A stretch of DNA of 64,000 bases from Bispira polyomma (lineage: Eukaryota): assembly GCA_965649765.1 (NCBI GenBank), contig OZ287751.1, positions 46,686,001-46,750,000 of the forward strand. Reading direction: 5' to 3'. The translations under genes were made by a program, and so were the position numbers. Numbering within the stretch: position 1 is the first letter of the stretch; the number at the start of each line of letters is the position of its first letter. This document shows positions 38,551-53,225 of this stretch, piece by piece. Below the pieces are notes generated by a model, which searched no databases, was not told where the DNA came from, and saw only the letters and a list, made by a program, of their open reading frames with translations.

Positions 38551-38714
38551 ACTTTTCCTCGGGTGTTATCAGACATATAAATCTATTCATTTGTATTGTG
38601 CATACTACATATTTATTATAGAGGAACAATTTCCCAAAATTAACCAACAGTTTTCTTCATCAACAATTTGAATTGCTCTGGTGAGGGCTAGCACTGGCTG
38701 TGTGGGTTAACTAT

Positions 38715-40145
38715 TTACACTGTGATGAGTAACTTTGTCTTAAAGCTAGAGCCTACTTCATCTATTTGTTCCATGATAGGAGCTATCTTGGTTATTTCTT
38801 TGACGGCAAGTGGCACATAATAGATATTTTGGTCGATCTCTTGTGAGTGTCCCATATGATTCATGAAAGTGTCAATGGTCTCTTGAGACAGATTTCCCAT
38901 CCTGCAGAAGAGTGTGGCTACCAGAAGAGTGTGGCTACCCTATATCAAGGTGACTTTCCAGACTTTTAAGAATAAGAACCGGTACCAGTCTGTTCACTTT
39001 TCCCATTATGTAAGCAACACTGTACTTTTCAAGGCATTGCTTGTCATTCTCTGTCATCATTTTCCTAATACTGTTGTCATTAATCCAAGAGTTTCTTTCT
39101 CTGTAATCCTGAACTTTCATTCGGGAAACTTCACTACCCCTCCTAGCATTGTGGAGTGTTAACCTTGCTAATACATATTTGCGAAGCCTGACATAATCGT
39201 TTCGATTTTCTAGCTTTTTGGTCAGGAAACTTTGCAGTCCAGAGGATATAGTATTTAACAGTTTGTCTAATTGTTCTTCTTGAGGAAGAGCAAGTGGCTT
39301 TCTGGATTCTCTCTGCCTTCTTTCTTTTAACGTATATTCAGCTTTTGAGCAAATACGAGGATAGAAGCTTTTAAAGATTTCCCATAATTCAGATACATCA
39401 TCAGCTGCAGCCCTGTCACCTTGAACTATAAAATGGCTCTTTAGAAAACTTGCTGAACTTTTAATGAGGGTGCCTAGAGCCACATTTAACCCTGGTTTGA
39501 AGGTTTCTTCATCATTGCAAATTTTCACAATAGCACTTTTAAGGTAATTAAAATTCCCAACCTTGAAAAGATCAATACAAGATGTTGTGTTTTCGCACAC
39601 AGCAACAAGCCTTGCCATTCTTCTCATCGCATTTCGTGCCTTAATTTTGGCTTCCTAGTCTTTATTTGGCTTTATTGATAGGAAAATATTCTCACCGATT
39701 AATTTTATTACTTCATCTTGCTGTATAATTTCAAAACTATCGTCTTTCCTCATTTTTTTCAGTATTTTTTCAAAGTCTGGGGTTCTTGTTGTTTCTTTGA
39801 CAATGGAATATGTCTCACTGTGGGGGATATTGCACCTTCTTTTGTGTTTTTCGAAATACCTGACATTATACGCTCCCTTGCAACTGCAACATATAACTTT
39901 CTCACCCGCAGTGTTTCACACCAACTAGCTCCTCTTCTTTTGAAAGGTGTTTCACATTTTGTCTACACATTCCCTCTTTTGGCATCTTAGCAAATTCCAT
40001 TATGCGTTCTTTTCTACTAGTTTTTCCTTCCTTTTCTTGCTAATGCTAGACACTGATGATTCTGATTTGTGACGATTCATGATGTGCCTTCTCAGGTCAC
40101 TTTGTGGCAAAAAGCAAAATGGGCACTGCCTTTTCTTTCTCTTTC
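38715..40145 (-). pseudogene. C2H2-zinc-finger plus tyrosine-recombinase (phage-integrase fold) region, with stops and a deletion
   Basis: QCPFC..LRRHIMNRH; CSCKGAY..H..RC; RLTLHNARRGSEVSRM (catalytic Arg box); GKVNRLVPVLI; HMGHS..IYY (His/Tyr). The HxxR box is lost at an 18-bp duplication near 38905-38940. Confidence 0.8.
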
Positions 40146-42219
40146 CTATAAACATATGCATTGAACACAGCTGTGAATGAAGCGGTTTGCTTTTAGATGC
40201 TGATAAAATGGCTAAAATTGGAAAAAGGTGAGCTAATTTGAATTTCTAGTGACATGGAACTCAGTTTATGTCATTTAATATTAGATGGCAAAGTGATGAA
40301 AAAGAATTAAACAGTGGTACAAAACCAGAAATATACAAAAAACCAGATGGAATACTAGGACACCTCATTTTGCTACCCCTTGGCATCCGCAAATGGAAAA
40401 CACTCTACATACATAGATATCAAAATAAAAATAATAAAACTTAAAATGCCCATCACCAGTCTTATTTACAAAGCAACTTTTCCAGGATGTATGCTCCGCC
40501 GATGAGCTACAAGGATTCAAATAATCCCAGTAGGAGTTGAACATACCACCTCACAGCTGGAAAAGAATTAAAGGAATTATGAAACAGATGGTAAATTAGT
40601 AGAAAGCCTATTAACTGTAGTAAAATGCTTAATTATTTTATTACATTTTAACAGCATGATAGCATGGTCTGCGATTAGGCCTCAACTATCATCAAAATTC
40701 TAGGTAGGACACAAAAACAACAACCCCACCACCAAGAAAATGCACAAGTCTGTCAAGTATTTCAAATCCATGCACATTCAAGCATACAATTACTTTCAAC
40801 ACACTTACACTAAAATAAGTTACCTTATTAGTTATTACCACACAACATAAATATATCGATCTGAAAGAGGGTACAGAAAACATGCTTAATAAATTGTCAA
40901 TTTGAAAAAAAATTCAAATTATTCTTACATAACCAAAAGTTGTGTTTGTTAGCCATACTACGTTTGAAATTTAGAAACTACTTATATGTTACATAACAAA
41001 ATACATGCATACAAAGGGGAAAAAAAATTTCCCTTTTTATTAGTACTCTTTTTTTCCAACAAAACTGCAATCTTTGCATTCAGAATGTGAGTAAACAGTA
41101 TACATAATTCTTGTATTTAGTTAAATCTTGGATGGGTGAAATTGGAAACCACAGACATATTCTGGATTGACATAGTCAAAATCATTTGATAATACAGCAA
41201 CCTCAAAATCACTGTAATGATTAATATTGATATGATCTTTAGATTACAGTATTTTTTACACGTGACAATAGCAGAAAATTTAATGTGGTGACAGTTTGTT
41301 TATCAACCGTAATAAGCAATCTCTATCTACCTCCCAGCATAGCTGACCACAAAAAAATACCAACATGTATACATAATAAAGTTGCTATTCCTTTTCAGCC
41401 TTGCTAGGAATCTTTTAAAATGATTAGATTTGACCTTTTGTTCGTGTTTAAAGGTCAAATTAGTGTATCCAAACTTAAAAAAGCATATATCTTACTAATT
41501 GATTATTATTGGTTCTAGCGGTTTGGATGTGATACCAACTTTGGCCTGGGATTCTGTTAATGCTATCATGTTTGACCTTGGACTCCCTTCTTTAAGGTCA
41601 AACTAAATGTCAATACTTAAAAGTGCCTATATCTCACTTATTACTGGTCCTAGAGGTTAGGCATGTGAAACCATCCTAGAGAAAACCATTCACTAAGATT
41701 ATGTTAATGAAAAGAGATTTGACCTTGAGTCAACCGTTCAAGGTCAAATTGGTATGTCCATGCATTAAAATGCTTATAGCTCACTTACTAGTTGTCCCAA
41801 AGTGACAGATCGAAATTCTGGAAAGAAATACACAGAGCCAGGTGCCTGAGGTATACAATAAACCAATCAAAAGATTTCTTCTGCATTAAAATATCTGTGG
41901 TACAGTTGATGATGTAGGCAAAATACCATGACAATTTGTCAACTGGCTAAGTCTTGACATACAATTAACAGCATTTTAAAAATGCATCACAATTATTATA
42001 AAGGCTTTATATTAACAGTGGAGAATCACATCTAAAGTAAAAGAGACAGAACACATTCAGCCTTATGCTGAGAAACAAGAAATATTGCTTATTGTTAGAA
42101 AAAGACATTTTGAATGTGTGACAAATTAGAGTTTCTAACAATTAGCCTAGACACGATAGTCAGAGTCAAGCTCATTGAATGAAGGTCAGATTGAGATTAA
42201 ATGCACAAATACAGCTGCT

Positions 42220-42350
42220 GGCGTAAACATTAGCTGCCACAATGGCTATTTTATGAGAAAGGTATTGCTTAACCCTCCTTAGGTCCCTCAGTAGTATAAA
42301 ACTAGACTTACAGACAGCTTGAATGTTGCTAGTAAAGGAGAAGTCTGAAT
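42220..42350 (-). pseudogene. CR1/L2-like RT C-terminal fragment
   Basis: DSDFSFTSNIQAVCKSSFILLRDLRRVKQYL. Confidence 0.7.
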
Positions 42351-42789
42351 CTTTTTCACATGACTTGTTGTCTTCATGGACTGTTTCATTCTTTCTTTTG
42401 GCTTTATGGTCAGATTTTTGACACTGCTGTTTAAAAGAGGATATTTCTTTACAGAAGTGTAAACACAAATGTTGGCATTAGGTTTGTGAGTAGAACTAAT
42501 CACTATATACAAGGATATATTATGATTTACACAAAATTAACTGACAGTTTATTTCAAAACTGGATCTTAAAATTAATTTGTGTTAGTGTTGGGAGTCGCC
42601 CTGTGTTTACCTGTTGATAACTTGCCCAACTGCCTGAATGATGATTGATTCACAAGCAACTAGACCTAGTGCATCGGAGACCATATTGTGTCCACAGAAA
42701 AAAACAAAGCACCCTAGCCAGCTAGCAGCCAAGTATGCACTCTATGATTTCCTATAGGGTACTTAGCCTAAAGTTTTACAATGACAAGT

Positions 42790-43386
42790 GTCATGTGACC
42801 CTGAAACGCCCAAATATGTAAAATCTAAATTTTTGCAAAATTTACATGGTAGGCTTTGGACAGCCCTAGTGGGACGAAAATTTGCTCGAAATTGCTCTGA
42901 CTCGATTTTTAAAAATTGATATGCTGGTCATGTCACCCTGGGACAAACGAATATTAAAAATTTGAATTTTTACAAGGGTTACATTGTAGACTTGACAGCA
43001 CCCTGGGGGGACAAAAATTCGCTCGAAATCGTTCTATCTGACCATTTTCAGGTCATGTGACTGTGCGACACCCTAAATATGGAAAATTTAGAATTTGCAA
43101 AAGTTGCAGGGTAGACTTTGTACAGCCCTAACAGGCCAAAAATTCACTCAAAATCGCTGTATCTCGCTCTGTTTTAGAGATATTGACCATTTTTCAAAAA
43201 ATCAATTCAATTAAATTCAGTCCTAGATATCCTTACCCACCAATAAAGATATCCTGAGAATTGGTGAAGCTAGCTGCTTTATTTTTCTTCTGGAGTGTTA
43301 AAGCCGAAAATCTCTGTACGTGTGGTGGCGGCGGTGGAACGACACTAATCTATAGTATCCCGGATGCTATCTGGTGAATACAATTA
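42790..43386 (+). mobile_element. Helentron/HINE-like non-autonomous element (internal tandem units, 3' hairpin)
   Basis: Three gtcatgtgacc..aaaattcgctcgaaat units and a terminal imperfect hairpin gtatcccgga..tctggtgaatac. Confidence 0.55.
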
Positions 43387-44553
43387 TTGACTTAAAGTTT
43401 AGATAATCATTTTATTTAACCTGTATACATTCCTGGAATTAGACGTACAGGGATCTGGCAAACTATGTTTTGAATCTTTCAACATTTAGTGTATACCGCT
43501 TCCTCTCAATATAAGCAGTAGAAGTACACAAATGGAGAAAACGGAACAAACATCTTAATTTAACAAGTGGGAACTGTGTCAAATGCCCTAAAATGATACA
43601 TATATTACTACATCAGTAGAAAGGTAAGGATTTTGTTGACTAATGAATAATATAAATTTTAGAATGACCTCATCAGGCCAGTGATACTAACAAATAATTA
43701 AATAGATGTCTAATTGTCCACTCATTAAGTTATATGTATGTAAAAACATGTTGGCCTTCTTTTTATCTTCCTGGGGAAACTGTTACATTTATGTTGATTT
43801 GAACTGTTCCAGTTCCACGCACGAATCCTGCCACAGATCAGGGGCAATTCTTATGACTAATACCATTTCACTAATTATATGTATACCTATTATAGGAGGG
43901 TGTTCCTCACTTCAACGGCTCTGGATAACTGATGAATGTACAGATAGGAGTGCCTTGAACAATTTTTTATTGAACAACAAACAGCATGTCTCTGGGCCTT
44001 GCAGTTTTAGACAAGTTTTTTACTTGCACACATACGTGGACAGCTAAGCCACAAACCCATGCCATAATGCCAGCTGACTGATAAGTCATCTGACATAAGA
44101 AGGGCATTAAGTGTTCAGCCCCCTCTCTATATACACTATTTGACAGTAATCGATAATTTTGCAAAATAGTTGTTGTATCATTATGCGACATGTAAAAACA
44201 AAATTCAAATAGTCTACATTATTATGACATCAATGACAATAATCAATAGTGTAAAGACTTGGAGTTTTGAAAACTCAAGTTTCCCAATGATAATACATGT
44301 GGAAGTCAATTTAAACTACCATTTACTCCCATAAAAATAAATAACTAACAACGCTGAAAACTTCTCTGACCCAAATCTATATGGGGGTCATGAGAGAGGG
44401 GAAGTACACATTTGCCACACACTTCCTTGGCTCACAGAGAACCTGGATTCGTTCCAGGTACAGGCAGATACAAAGGCCACCCCAATATGTGTTCCCCCAT
44501 CATTACTAATGGTACTTAATACAAGCAGGAATTTATGCTAAAGGTCTACTTAC

Positions 44554-45079
44554 TTGACCAGATGCATCAGCCTCCTGTAGTGCTTTCGCACTTTTTAGTA
44601 CAACGGGAACAAGGGTAGAGGTAGCAAAATCTTTAATACATAAAATAAATATCTTTAAATACCTTGTACCTTTGCCTTTCCATCAAGCATAATTTAATAG
44701 TTTTCTCGTAGTTTGCTCTGTTATCAAACACTTAACATACAGGCTTTTATAATGATACATACAATATTTTGGAACAATTTCAGAACAAAAACATTTTGCT
44801 AACTGGTGCAAATTGCTAAAAGTGTGATGACACCATAGCCAGCCAAAGTAATCGTGGGCTGTTCAACAAGCATATGACAAAAATATGGTAACAGCTAATA
44901 TGGAATAAGTTTACATCTGATGAATTCATTCTGTACAATATCGAATGTATACCAACAAACAATACAAACTATATTAATTTTTTTACTATGCAAATTCAAT
45001 GGTAAACATGAAGTGTTTCCCAACTAACCTCTCTCAATGAACTTTTCATGTCTTTTTAAATTCGGAATCAAAGGAGAAT
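44554..45079 (-). other. Two candidate phase-compatible micro-exons (45079-45029, 44630-44554) of the SET-YR gene
   Basis: ctttacag|..|gttagt and taaag|..|gtaagt; the joined frame DSPLIPNLKRHEKFIER-DFATSTLVPVVLKSAKALQEADASGQ is open. Confidence 0.4.
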
Positions 45080-45239
45080 CTGTAAAGAATAATTATGTAT
45101 TTCTTCAAATGTTATACATGATTACTAATTAATATCACTTTAATATCATTAATTATAATTCTTTAAACTTTTCAGACATCCTTTATGTATTAGCCCAAAA
45201 AATATAATTTTTTAGCCAAACTTAGCAATTAATAATAAC

Positions 45240-46229
45240 TATAAAATAGCAGTTTTTGCACGCAAAAACAAAGCGTCCCCAGAAACATGACAAAATTTGC
45301 TGCTGAAAGTAAACAATTGCGATAGGTGAAGTGACTTTGGTTGCATGCACAAAAGAATTGCAAGAGTAGAAAAAATCACAAAAAATTGAACAAGCAACCA
45401 TTGACCAATAAATCGGTCGCATATTCGTTCGTTAACAGTCAACCTATCAACCTAATGAATAGGTTGGAGACACAAAAATGATTAAATTTGATCAGGATGA
45501 TTTTGTCCAAGTCATAGGTTGGAGACAAAAACAAAAGAAGTTGAAATACAAGTACCTAGGTTGAAGGCAAAAAAAAGTTATTTTGACCAGGGCAATTTTA
45601 TCCAATTTATAGGTTGAAGACAAATTTTGAGCAGGGCGATTTTGTCCAAGTTGTAGATTGGAGAAAAAAACCCAATGAAAAACGCAATGGGCTGAAAATT
45701 TGCTCGAAATCCCTGTATCTCGCTTTGTTTCCGAAATATTGGCCAAAAATTGCCGTCAGACTGCTGCAGAGCCCTGGTGGGCCGAAAATTCACTTGAAAT
45801 CGCTCCTTCTTGCTCTGTCTTCGAGATATCGGCTGTTTTAGGAAAATTACTTCAGTAAAATCACAAAAATACTTATTATTCAGCCAATTTTTATCGAATT
45901 GGTCCTAAAAGTGACTGGGCCCAAGATTTTGACCTCAGGCAGCCCCCTCCCAAATTTCGTAGCACGGCCTTCTGTACTGTCAAAGAAAAAGAGAGCGAAA
46001 CGTAAATTTGAATTTTGAGTCATGTGACCTTGAGAAAGGTCAAAAGTCAGGATAAGTCATCTGGAAAAATTTTCCCAGGCCTATAATATATGTATACCAA
46101 GTGAGAGATAAATTGGCCCAGCCAGTAAGAAGTTATTCAAGCGAGACGATAAGTCTACGGCCGGCAGAGCCACACGTCAGAAAGACCAACCCAAAAACAA
46201 ATAAGCACCCCTGGCGGGGACGCTTAATT
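45240..46229 (+). mobile_element. Helentron/HINE-like non-autonomous element; paralogue at 52134-53225
   Basis: Colinear blocks 45260-45395 with 52455-52580 and 45930-46200 with 52955-53225; 3' hairpin aagcacccc..ggggacgctt. Confidence 0.65.
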
Positions 46230-46574
46230 AGAGATGATCAGTAGTTCAGGTATTCCAGTATTAAGAACATTTTACCTGTACACCAAGGTGAAATGTAACA
46301 AAATTCTCAATTGTCACTACATGAAAGTGTAGCAAAACTTTAAATATTATAAATGGAGACAACTAAACCATGCGCATTAGGAGAATTGATGCATATTTGT
46401 ATCCACTGAAAAGACAATGGATACTTGTGCTGAAGGCCTAATAAACAAATTAAAGTGGAGTTTTTGGCACGACATACAAATTTACAAAAAGATGAGCCTC
46501 AAATTGAATTTAATCACCAGAATTGATTTTTGGTTTAAGTCACTTTCAAGAGCCAAATTCATCTTTGACAGGTA

Positions 46575-46710
46575 CTTCCATGGGTAGCGGGAACCAGTAC
46601 ATATAAGTTGGTCAAGATTCTGCACTGGAAACCACCAAATATGACCTGGGATCAAACTCATGCAGGCAGGGATGGGGGCGAGTGTCTTATCTGAGGCCCA
46701 GCTACTAGCT
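46575..46710 (-). mobile_element. Degenerate SINE fragment related to the 8062 and 10672 SINEs
   Basis: Shares the agttggtcaagattctgcactggaaacca core. Confidence 0.55.
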
Positions 46711-47047
46711 CATAAATTCCTATTAAGTGGTTTCAGATCCTCAATCTTTAAGACTAATAATAAGTGAGATACAGACACTTCTAGCTGCTGATTTCCCCTC
46801 AAGCAAGAAATGGGATAGGTATAAAAAAAACTACAATGTTTTAGTTTTAAATCATCTTATAATACTGTGCCTGACTTACCAATTTGGCCAGATGATTCCA
46901 CTGAATCTGGTATTGTTTCAAAAAATATAAATGAACAAAGTAAACCATATATGACAAGATCTGTCGCATTAGATACCTGCTACATATTTGTGGCTACTGG
47001 AGAAACCAACAGAGTTTAATGATGGGGTTTAAAGTCTAATGTGACCC

Positions 47048-48290
47048 CTTTTTTTTAATTTATTTTTAAACATTTTTATTCGGTCACATGTTTACAATAC
47101 AAAAACAAAAAGAAAAGGACAATAATGAAAACACTAATGACAAGTTTTACTAAACTCTACAACAAACACAATTACTGATAACAAATATTAGCAGGAGGTT
47201 ATCTCTATGGTATTTTTTATACCCAAAATAATATTTTTTCTTCTAACAATAACAAAAAATAATTAAAAATTTCTGTTAAAGAGTGTTAAAGGTTTAATAC
47301 TTCTAGGGAAGGAGGGGGTACCTCACTTCCAATGTCTCTGCAAAACAGACAAACAGGCAGATCTCAATGCCTCAAAAAGTTTTTCATTGTGGATGCCGAA
47401 AGTATCTTTTACAGACGGTCACCACTGAAGTTTCTGAGTGGCATATATTTGGAGAAAATAAAAAGAAGCTATAAACATTTACCCAACAAATCCAAAATGT
47501 TTCGACTTGAGCAGTCATCTGTACAAAAGTCGGTGAAAAAAGTTATTAATTGACATTGGACGAGTAACTTTGAACTGAAAATGATAAATAACACCAAAAG
47601 AAATTAAGACTTAATAATGACGCTTTTTAAAGTGATCCACATCTTGTTCTCACTAATTAGGTCTTACCAGATGGAAGGTCTTCTATGGAACTCTCTAGAT
47701 GTGATAAACCTGTAATTGTATCTAAAAAAGAAGAGTTCAGTGTGATCAGTTAACCGATCATATAGTGCAGAAGTCAGATGAGCATAGTTATATTGTCCCA
47801 ATAATTTTTTTGTGTTGTTCATTATCATTGTACCTGCCATATAATATACTACAAGGGGGTGTAAAAGATGAGGAATTGTAATTGACATTGGACGAGTAAC
47901 TTCGAACTAAAAATAATAAATAACACCAAGAAATTAAGATTAAAGATTTAATAATTAACGCTTTTCATAGTGATCCACATTTTGTTCTCAATTATTAAGT
48001 CTTACCATATACTTTCATTGTTTGGGTTTGAGAATTTTAACTCTGGTGAATTAATGTAGTACTAGAAGAGAGAGGGGGACTTCTGATTTCTGGACTTTCA
48101 TCTGCATCTGCAAGTTGTTTATTTTGGTTATCTTTTTTTGTAAAAACAAGACTAAAGAAAATGGACCTGCCCCGAGTATGGATACTGCACTACAGAATGG
48201 TGCAAGAATTATATTTCTAGCAAAAAAATTCAATGCGAAACAGCCACTTAAAAGCCACTTAAAAGTTTCCTAGCTCGAATCAGAGAAAGA
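47048..48290 (-). mobile_element. Probable decayed LINE 3' end with an internal ~125-bp duplication
   Basis: aataaa plus A-tail on the minus strand at 47048-47085; CLFC remnant; 47545-47668 duplicated at 47878-48008. Confidence 0.45.
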
Positions 48291-51200
48291 GTCTGATTTC
48301 CGTCTATGACGAACATCCGACTAAGAAGAACAGAAAAAAAAAAACAATTTACCAAAAACTTTAGTATACATTACATTGTATACTTCTTAAGATGGCTTCT
48401 TCAAATTGGCTTATAATTGCACTCATATTGCACCACGTGTATCAAAACATGATCAAATTGGAAATGTAACAAAAATTGAAAGTAACTTTCATGTGCCTGA
48501 TATATTTGAGTGCAATTAAAATTACTAATCCTATTTTAAATGCTAATTAAGTTCAAATTCTTACCACTCATGTAAGTTCTGTCAGAACTAGTGAATAAAT
48601 GGGAAATGTCCACACTTGTATCTAAAAAACATGTAACAGTATCAGGTATAAACAAAATAACTAATACATCAATAAGATATTTTATCCCATGGAAGAAAGA
48701 CAAAGACTGAAGAACACAGCTACAAATTACTGCACATAGACTAGCAATTTACGAGGAATACACTGACAGCCCCTAAAGCTTCCGGCATTTTTAAACATTT
48801 AAAGGTCTGTTAATGTTTTCTCTCATTTTGGTTAAACCCAGAAAGATAGTGTTCATGCTTACATGGTCAAAGATACAGAACTACTTTGTTTGGTTATGTT
48901 GACAGATTTACTGAAAGGTTACCTTGTCTGTGTGTAAAGACCAATGAAATCACAGCTTCATGGTTGTTGACAAGATATAAACAAACTGCAAAAGTAACAA
49001 AATTCCATCCTTCGAAAATTAGAAGGCAATGTATCACTTTTGCTTATATTTTGCAACATATAAATTTTGAACCTTAAAGTAACAAATTTTATGTGTCATG
49101 AAAATTAACAATAAACTGCAATTTTCAAATGTTAATCTGTACCTAAGAACCTAAATCTTTCATAATTTTGAGAATGAGATATTTCTAACACCAAAAAAGT
49201 CAATTAATAAGATAATACGAAAGCAAAAAGGTATAAAATGGAGGAACAGTTTGGAATGAAAATAAAGTTTAACAGTAAGAATTGTGTAACGTTTCACACA
49301 GATAAGTAACTATATATTTCACGTCAAGAGTGTTTTTCAGAAACATGTAGCCATTCTCTTACAAATTGAGATTTAACATCAGAGAGAATACAGATAAATA
49401 CACACAAACGTAAACTAAACCTCAAAACATATTTTACATAAAACTTACTATCAAAAGATAACTACATTCAAATTTTTTTATAATTTCCAAATAAAAGAAA
49501 ATTCCCTATACTATAACCACTGAAAAATCTGATTGGCTGAGTGTACAGGAAGTACCACATCCCTAGGTAAGGGTGTTTTTTTTAGTGAGGTAGAAATTAA
49601 TTTTTAATCCATCAAATATCTTTATATTTTAAAGTCATTGCAGTAAGTCTGCTGTTATTTATATTTAAAATGGTATCTACAGTGCTCTTTTTGTAAAAGA
49701 TTAATACTGAGAGCACTTTTAGATTTTGGGTGATATTCTGCGATACCATCTTCAAAAAGGTCTCTGGTATCGCACCCAAAAAACTGTTTGTAATGACCCC
49801 ACTAAATACAGGACATGTATATCACATTTACAGCCATATAATGATCCATCTTTCTAGACCCAAAAAAATGACCATTTAGTGGCCACCATTGACCTTGAAA
49901 TTGAAGATCAAGAATACAAAGTAACAGGCTTATGGCTTCATCCATATTGACCAACCTACCAAAATTAAAACTTCCAGCTAAAATCTTTTGATTGAACGCA
50001 TTCTAAAGGAAATTTCTGTGGAGGCAGCATGATGGACCCAAATACATAGATTTCCCCGACTTTCATCGAGGGATGACAAAAACAAAACTTCTTCAATAAA
50101 CTGTCTATACTACTTTTTTACATAAATAACTAACTTCTCAATATTACCTTCTACTTCCACTTGTTTTTTTCCTGAAATTAAGCATATTCAATAAACACAT
50201 TTTATTGGCAATCAGGCAACAATTAATCACTGGATATTGTGTTTCGACACAGAGCATCCAAGGACGGGACATGCTGTAACTTAACATACAAACAAATTCA
50301 GTCATTCTTCATATCAGTGGTATTTGCACCCGAGATGTTTCTGCTACCGAATGTATTCTTAAGCAGAGTTAAATCAGACCGCTTCCAAATATTTAGTTGC
50401 ACAACATTTCCTATAAGCTGTCTTCAAATCTCCAACCTCTAGGACCAACAATAAGAGAGATATTGGACATTGTATAGACCACATTTGACTTTGAAGGAGA
50501 GGTTCAAGGTCAACTCGGATAACATTTGGGCCACACGTTTTCCTACAAGTTGTCATTCCATCCCAAACCTCTAGGACCATTAATAAAGAAGATACAGGCA
50601 TTATAAGTATCAATCAGCACATTTGACATTGCAGGAAGGGCCCAAGATCCCATTGGATGTCACCAAAAGATTCAGGCCACATGGTTTCCTACAAGTTGTC
50701 TTCACAAATCAAATTTCTTTGACCAATAAGGAAGGAGATATGGGGTGACATATGTATAAGGGACCACATTTGACCTTGAAGGAGGGGTCCAAGGTCAAAT
50801 CTGACACCACTAAATGTTTGGGCCACATGATTTCACATAGTTTGTCTTTACATCCCAAACCCGTAGGTCCAATGATAAAGAAGAGGGCATTATAAGTAGC
50901 CTGTAAGCGACTGAAAATTGGCCTTGAATGAAGAGGTCTAACTTCTACATATTTATAGTGGAGATATACGTCTGGTATAAATGCCAGCCATATAGTTGTG
51001 AAAACACTAGTAAGGAAAGTGTATGGCCTCACAGCCTTATATAGGCATAAATATAATAAAATATGCCATTTTGAGTAGTTTTAGCAGGGCTAAAATGTAG
51101 TTAATCAAATAGTTAATCAAAAAATGCCCAAAATAACTGAAAACAGATAGAGGAACATTTCGAGATTCCGGCAATGCCCACTTAATATTTTTAAAAACTC

Positions 51201-51349
51201 CAAAAACTTGGTATTAAAACAATAACCTCCAGGCCAGACTTGATATACTGAATGGAAGAATTTGGAATATGGCTTTGACCCTCCATTTTTATCAATCACG
51301 TTTTAAACTTTCACTTTTGCAGATGTAATTGACTATTTTTAGGCAATAA

Positions 51350-51547
51350 CTGCTTTCTCCAAAATAAGTTTGCTTCATCACCGTAATTGTACTTGATTTC
51401 TTACCCTTTTTGATAGCTCTTTTGGCAAAAAGACAAACATGGGGAGTGTTGTTCACAACCACCAGTCGAACTTCCGCATTTTGTTCTAGTCCACATCCGT
51501 CATTTATGTTTTTACCGAGAGCTTCATGAGATTCAGTGCCATCAATA
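51350..51547 (-). pseudogene. SET-domain exon 2 (SET8/PR-Set7-like)
   Basis: tttcag acceptor; IDGTESHEALGKNINDG..PHVCLFAKRAIKKG, then after a 1-nt frameshift EIKYNYGDEANLFWRK. Confidence 0.85.
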
Positions 51548-52133
51548 CTGAAATAGAAAATTGTCATACAAATTACATTAACCAATGAGTTTCATTAGTC
51601 TTTATCATCACTTTATACATTAAGCATATCATTCTTATGATCAAGATGCATGCACACAAATAAAGTTCAGTTTCTTTTTAAATTTGAGCAAATCTCAATA
51701 TCTGCTCCTTAGATGTGGGCTTAAGCTTCCTCATAAATTATACCTGTGAATATGCCCTATATCCGCTCACTGAAAACAGGCTCCAAAAAACTGTAAGTAG
51801 GGAATACAAAGTGTAAAAAGAAGACACAAACTAGAATTGAGCAGATGTCGGCAAGTATTATCAAAAAATCTAATCAGCTTTAGTTCCTTTTAACAAAAAC
51901 ATATGCTCAAAATTTCGAGAAAATCCATCCACTGGTTTGGACTGTAGAGCATCCACAAAATGTATGCCCTCTGCTGCCCGGACAGCGCAGAGAACAACTA
52001 TAACCCCAGCCTTCATGGGCTGTGGCTAAAAACTATACAAAAGCTTAAGTAGGGATTTGGATGATTTCCACCTCAAAATGAGCAACACTTTCATGACTTA
52101 TTTCACAGACTGACTGTAACATATACAATTATA

Positions 52134-53225
52134 CTAGAAGTTGTGGCTGCGAGGTCACAGTTTACTGGAGTGACGTTATGACATATGAAGTGGCGTTTCT
52201 TAGTAGATGTAACAACTTTTAAAATATCGCAAAAATCGAAATCCTAAAGCCAAATATCTGTAAACATGTACCATTTTTCAGAAAATAACATCAGAATAAA
52301 TGTTTGTAGACCCCTAGCTTTCCACTGATACCAAAAATGGCCGACTCAAACCCCTAAAATACACTTGCGTATTAATATTACACACACAAAAATGATAAGA
52401 ACAACAGGGCTGATTTCAACTGTCATCAAAAACTAGAAAATGGGGAGTTTTTGTTTGAAAAACAAAGCGTCCTCGGAAGACATGAAGAAATTTTTTGCTG
52501 AAAGTAAGGACTGTGATAGCTGAAGTGCTGAATTTGCAAAAGAATTGCAAGAGTAAAGAAAAACCACAGAAAACTGCAACATTAGATTAGGTCTTATGAA
52601 TTGCATTTAAAAAAATATTTTCTATACATTGTTCAATTTGTTAAAAATTGATTTTTGGGTTATGTGGGCCCATAATTCTCTCGAAATCTCATTCCTTTTT
52701 GAGATATCGGCCATTTTTTTAAAAAAAAATCGATTTCGGATCATGTGACCCTGCGACGCTAAAATATGGAGAATATTACGTTTTGCAATGTTGCACAGCA
52801 TACTTTGCACAGCCCAATCGCTGTATTATGCTCCATTTTGGAGATATCTGATATTTTTGAAAAAATATATTTTTGGTGAAAACGGAAATGTGGAAATGCT
52901 CATTACTCTGACATTTTTTATTGCGTCAGTCCCAAAAGTGTATCCTTACAATATTGCCCCTCAGGCAGCCCCCAGCCAAATTTCAAAGCGAGATTGTTTG
53001 TACCTTCCATTGTCAAAAGATAAATTTGTTTTTTGAGTCATGTGACCCTGAGAAAGGTCAAATGTCAGCGAAGGTTATCGAGAAAAATTTTCCCAGGGCT
53101 ACTCTATATGTGTACCAAGTGTGAAGTAAATTATCCCAGTCAGTAAAAAGTTATTCAAGTGAGATCATAAGTGGAGTCTACAGAGCCGGCAAGAGCCAGT
53201 GATATGAAAAACCAACCCAAAAGCA
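52134..53225 (+). mobile_element. Helentron/HINE-like non-autonomous element inside the SET intron
   Basis: Paralogous to 45240-46229; 52315-52380 also matches 226-297. Confidence 0.65.
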
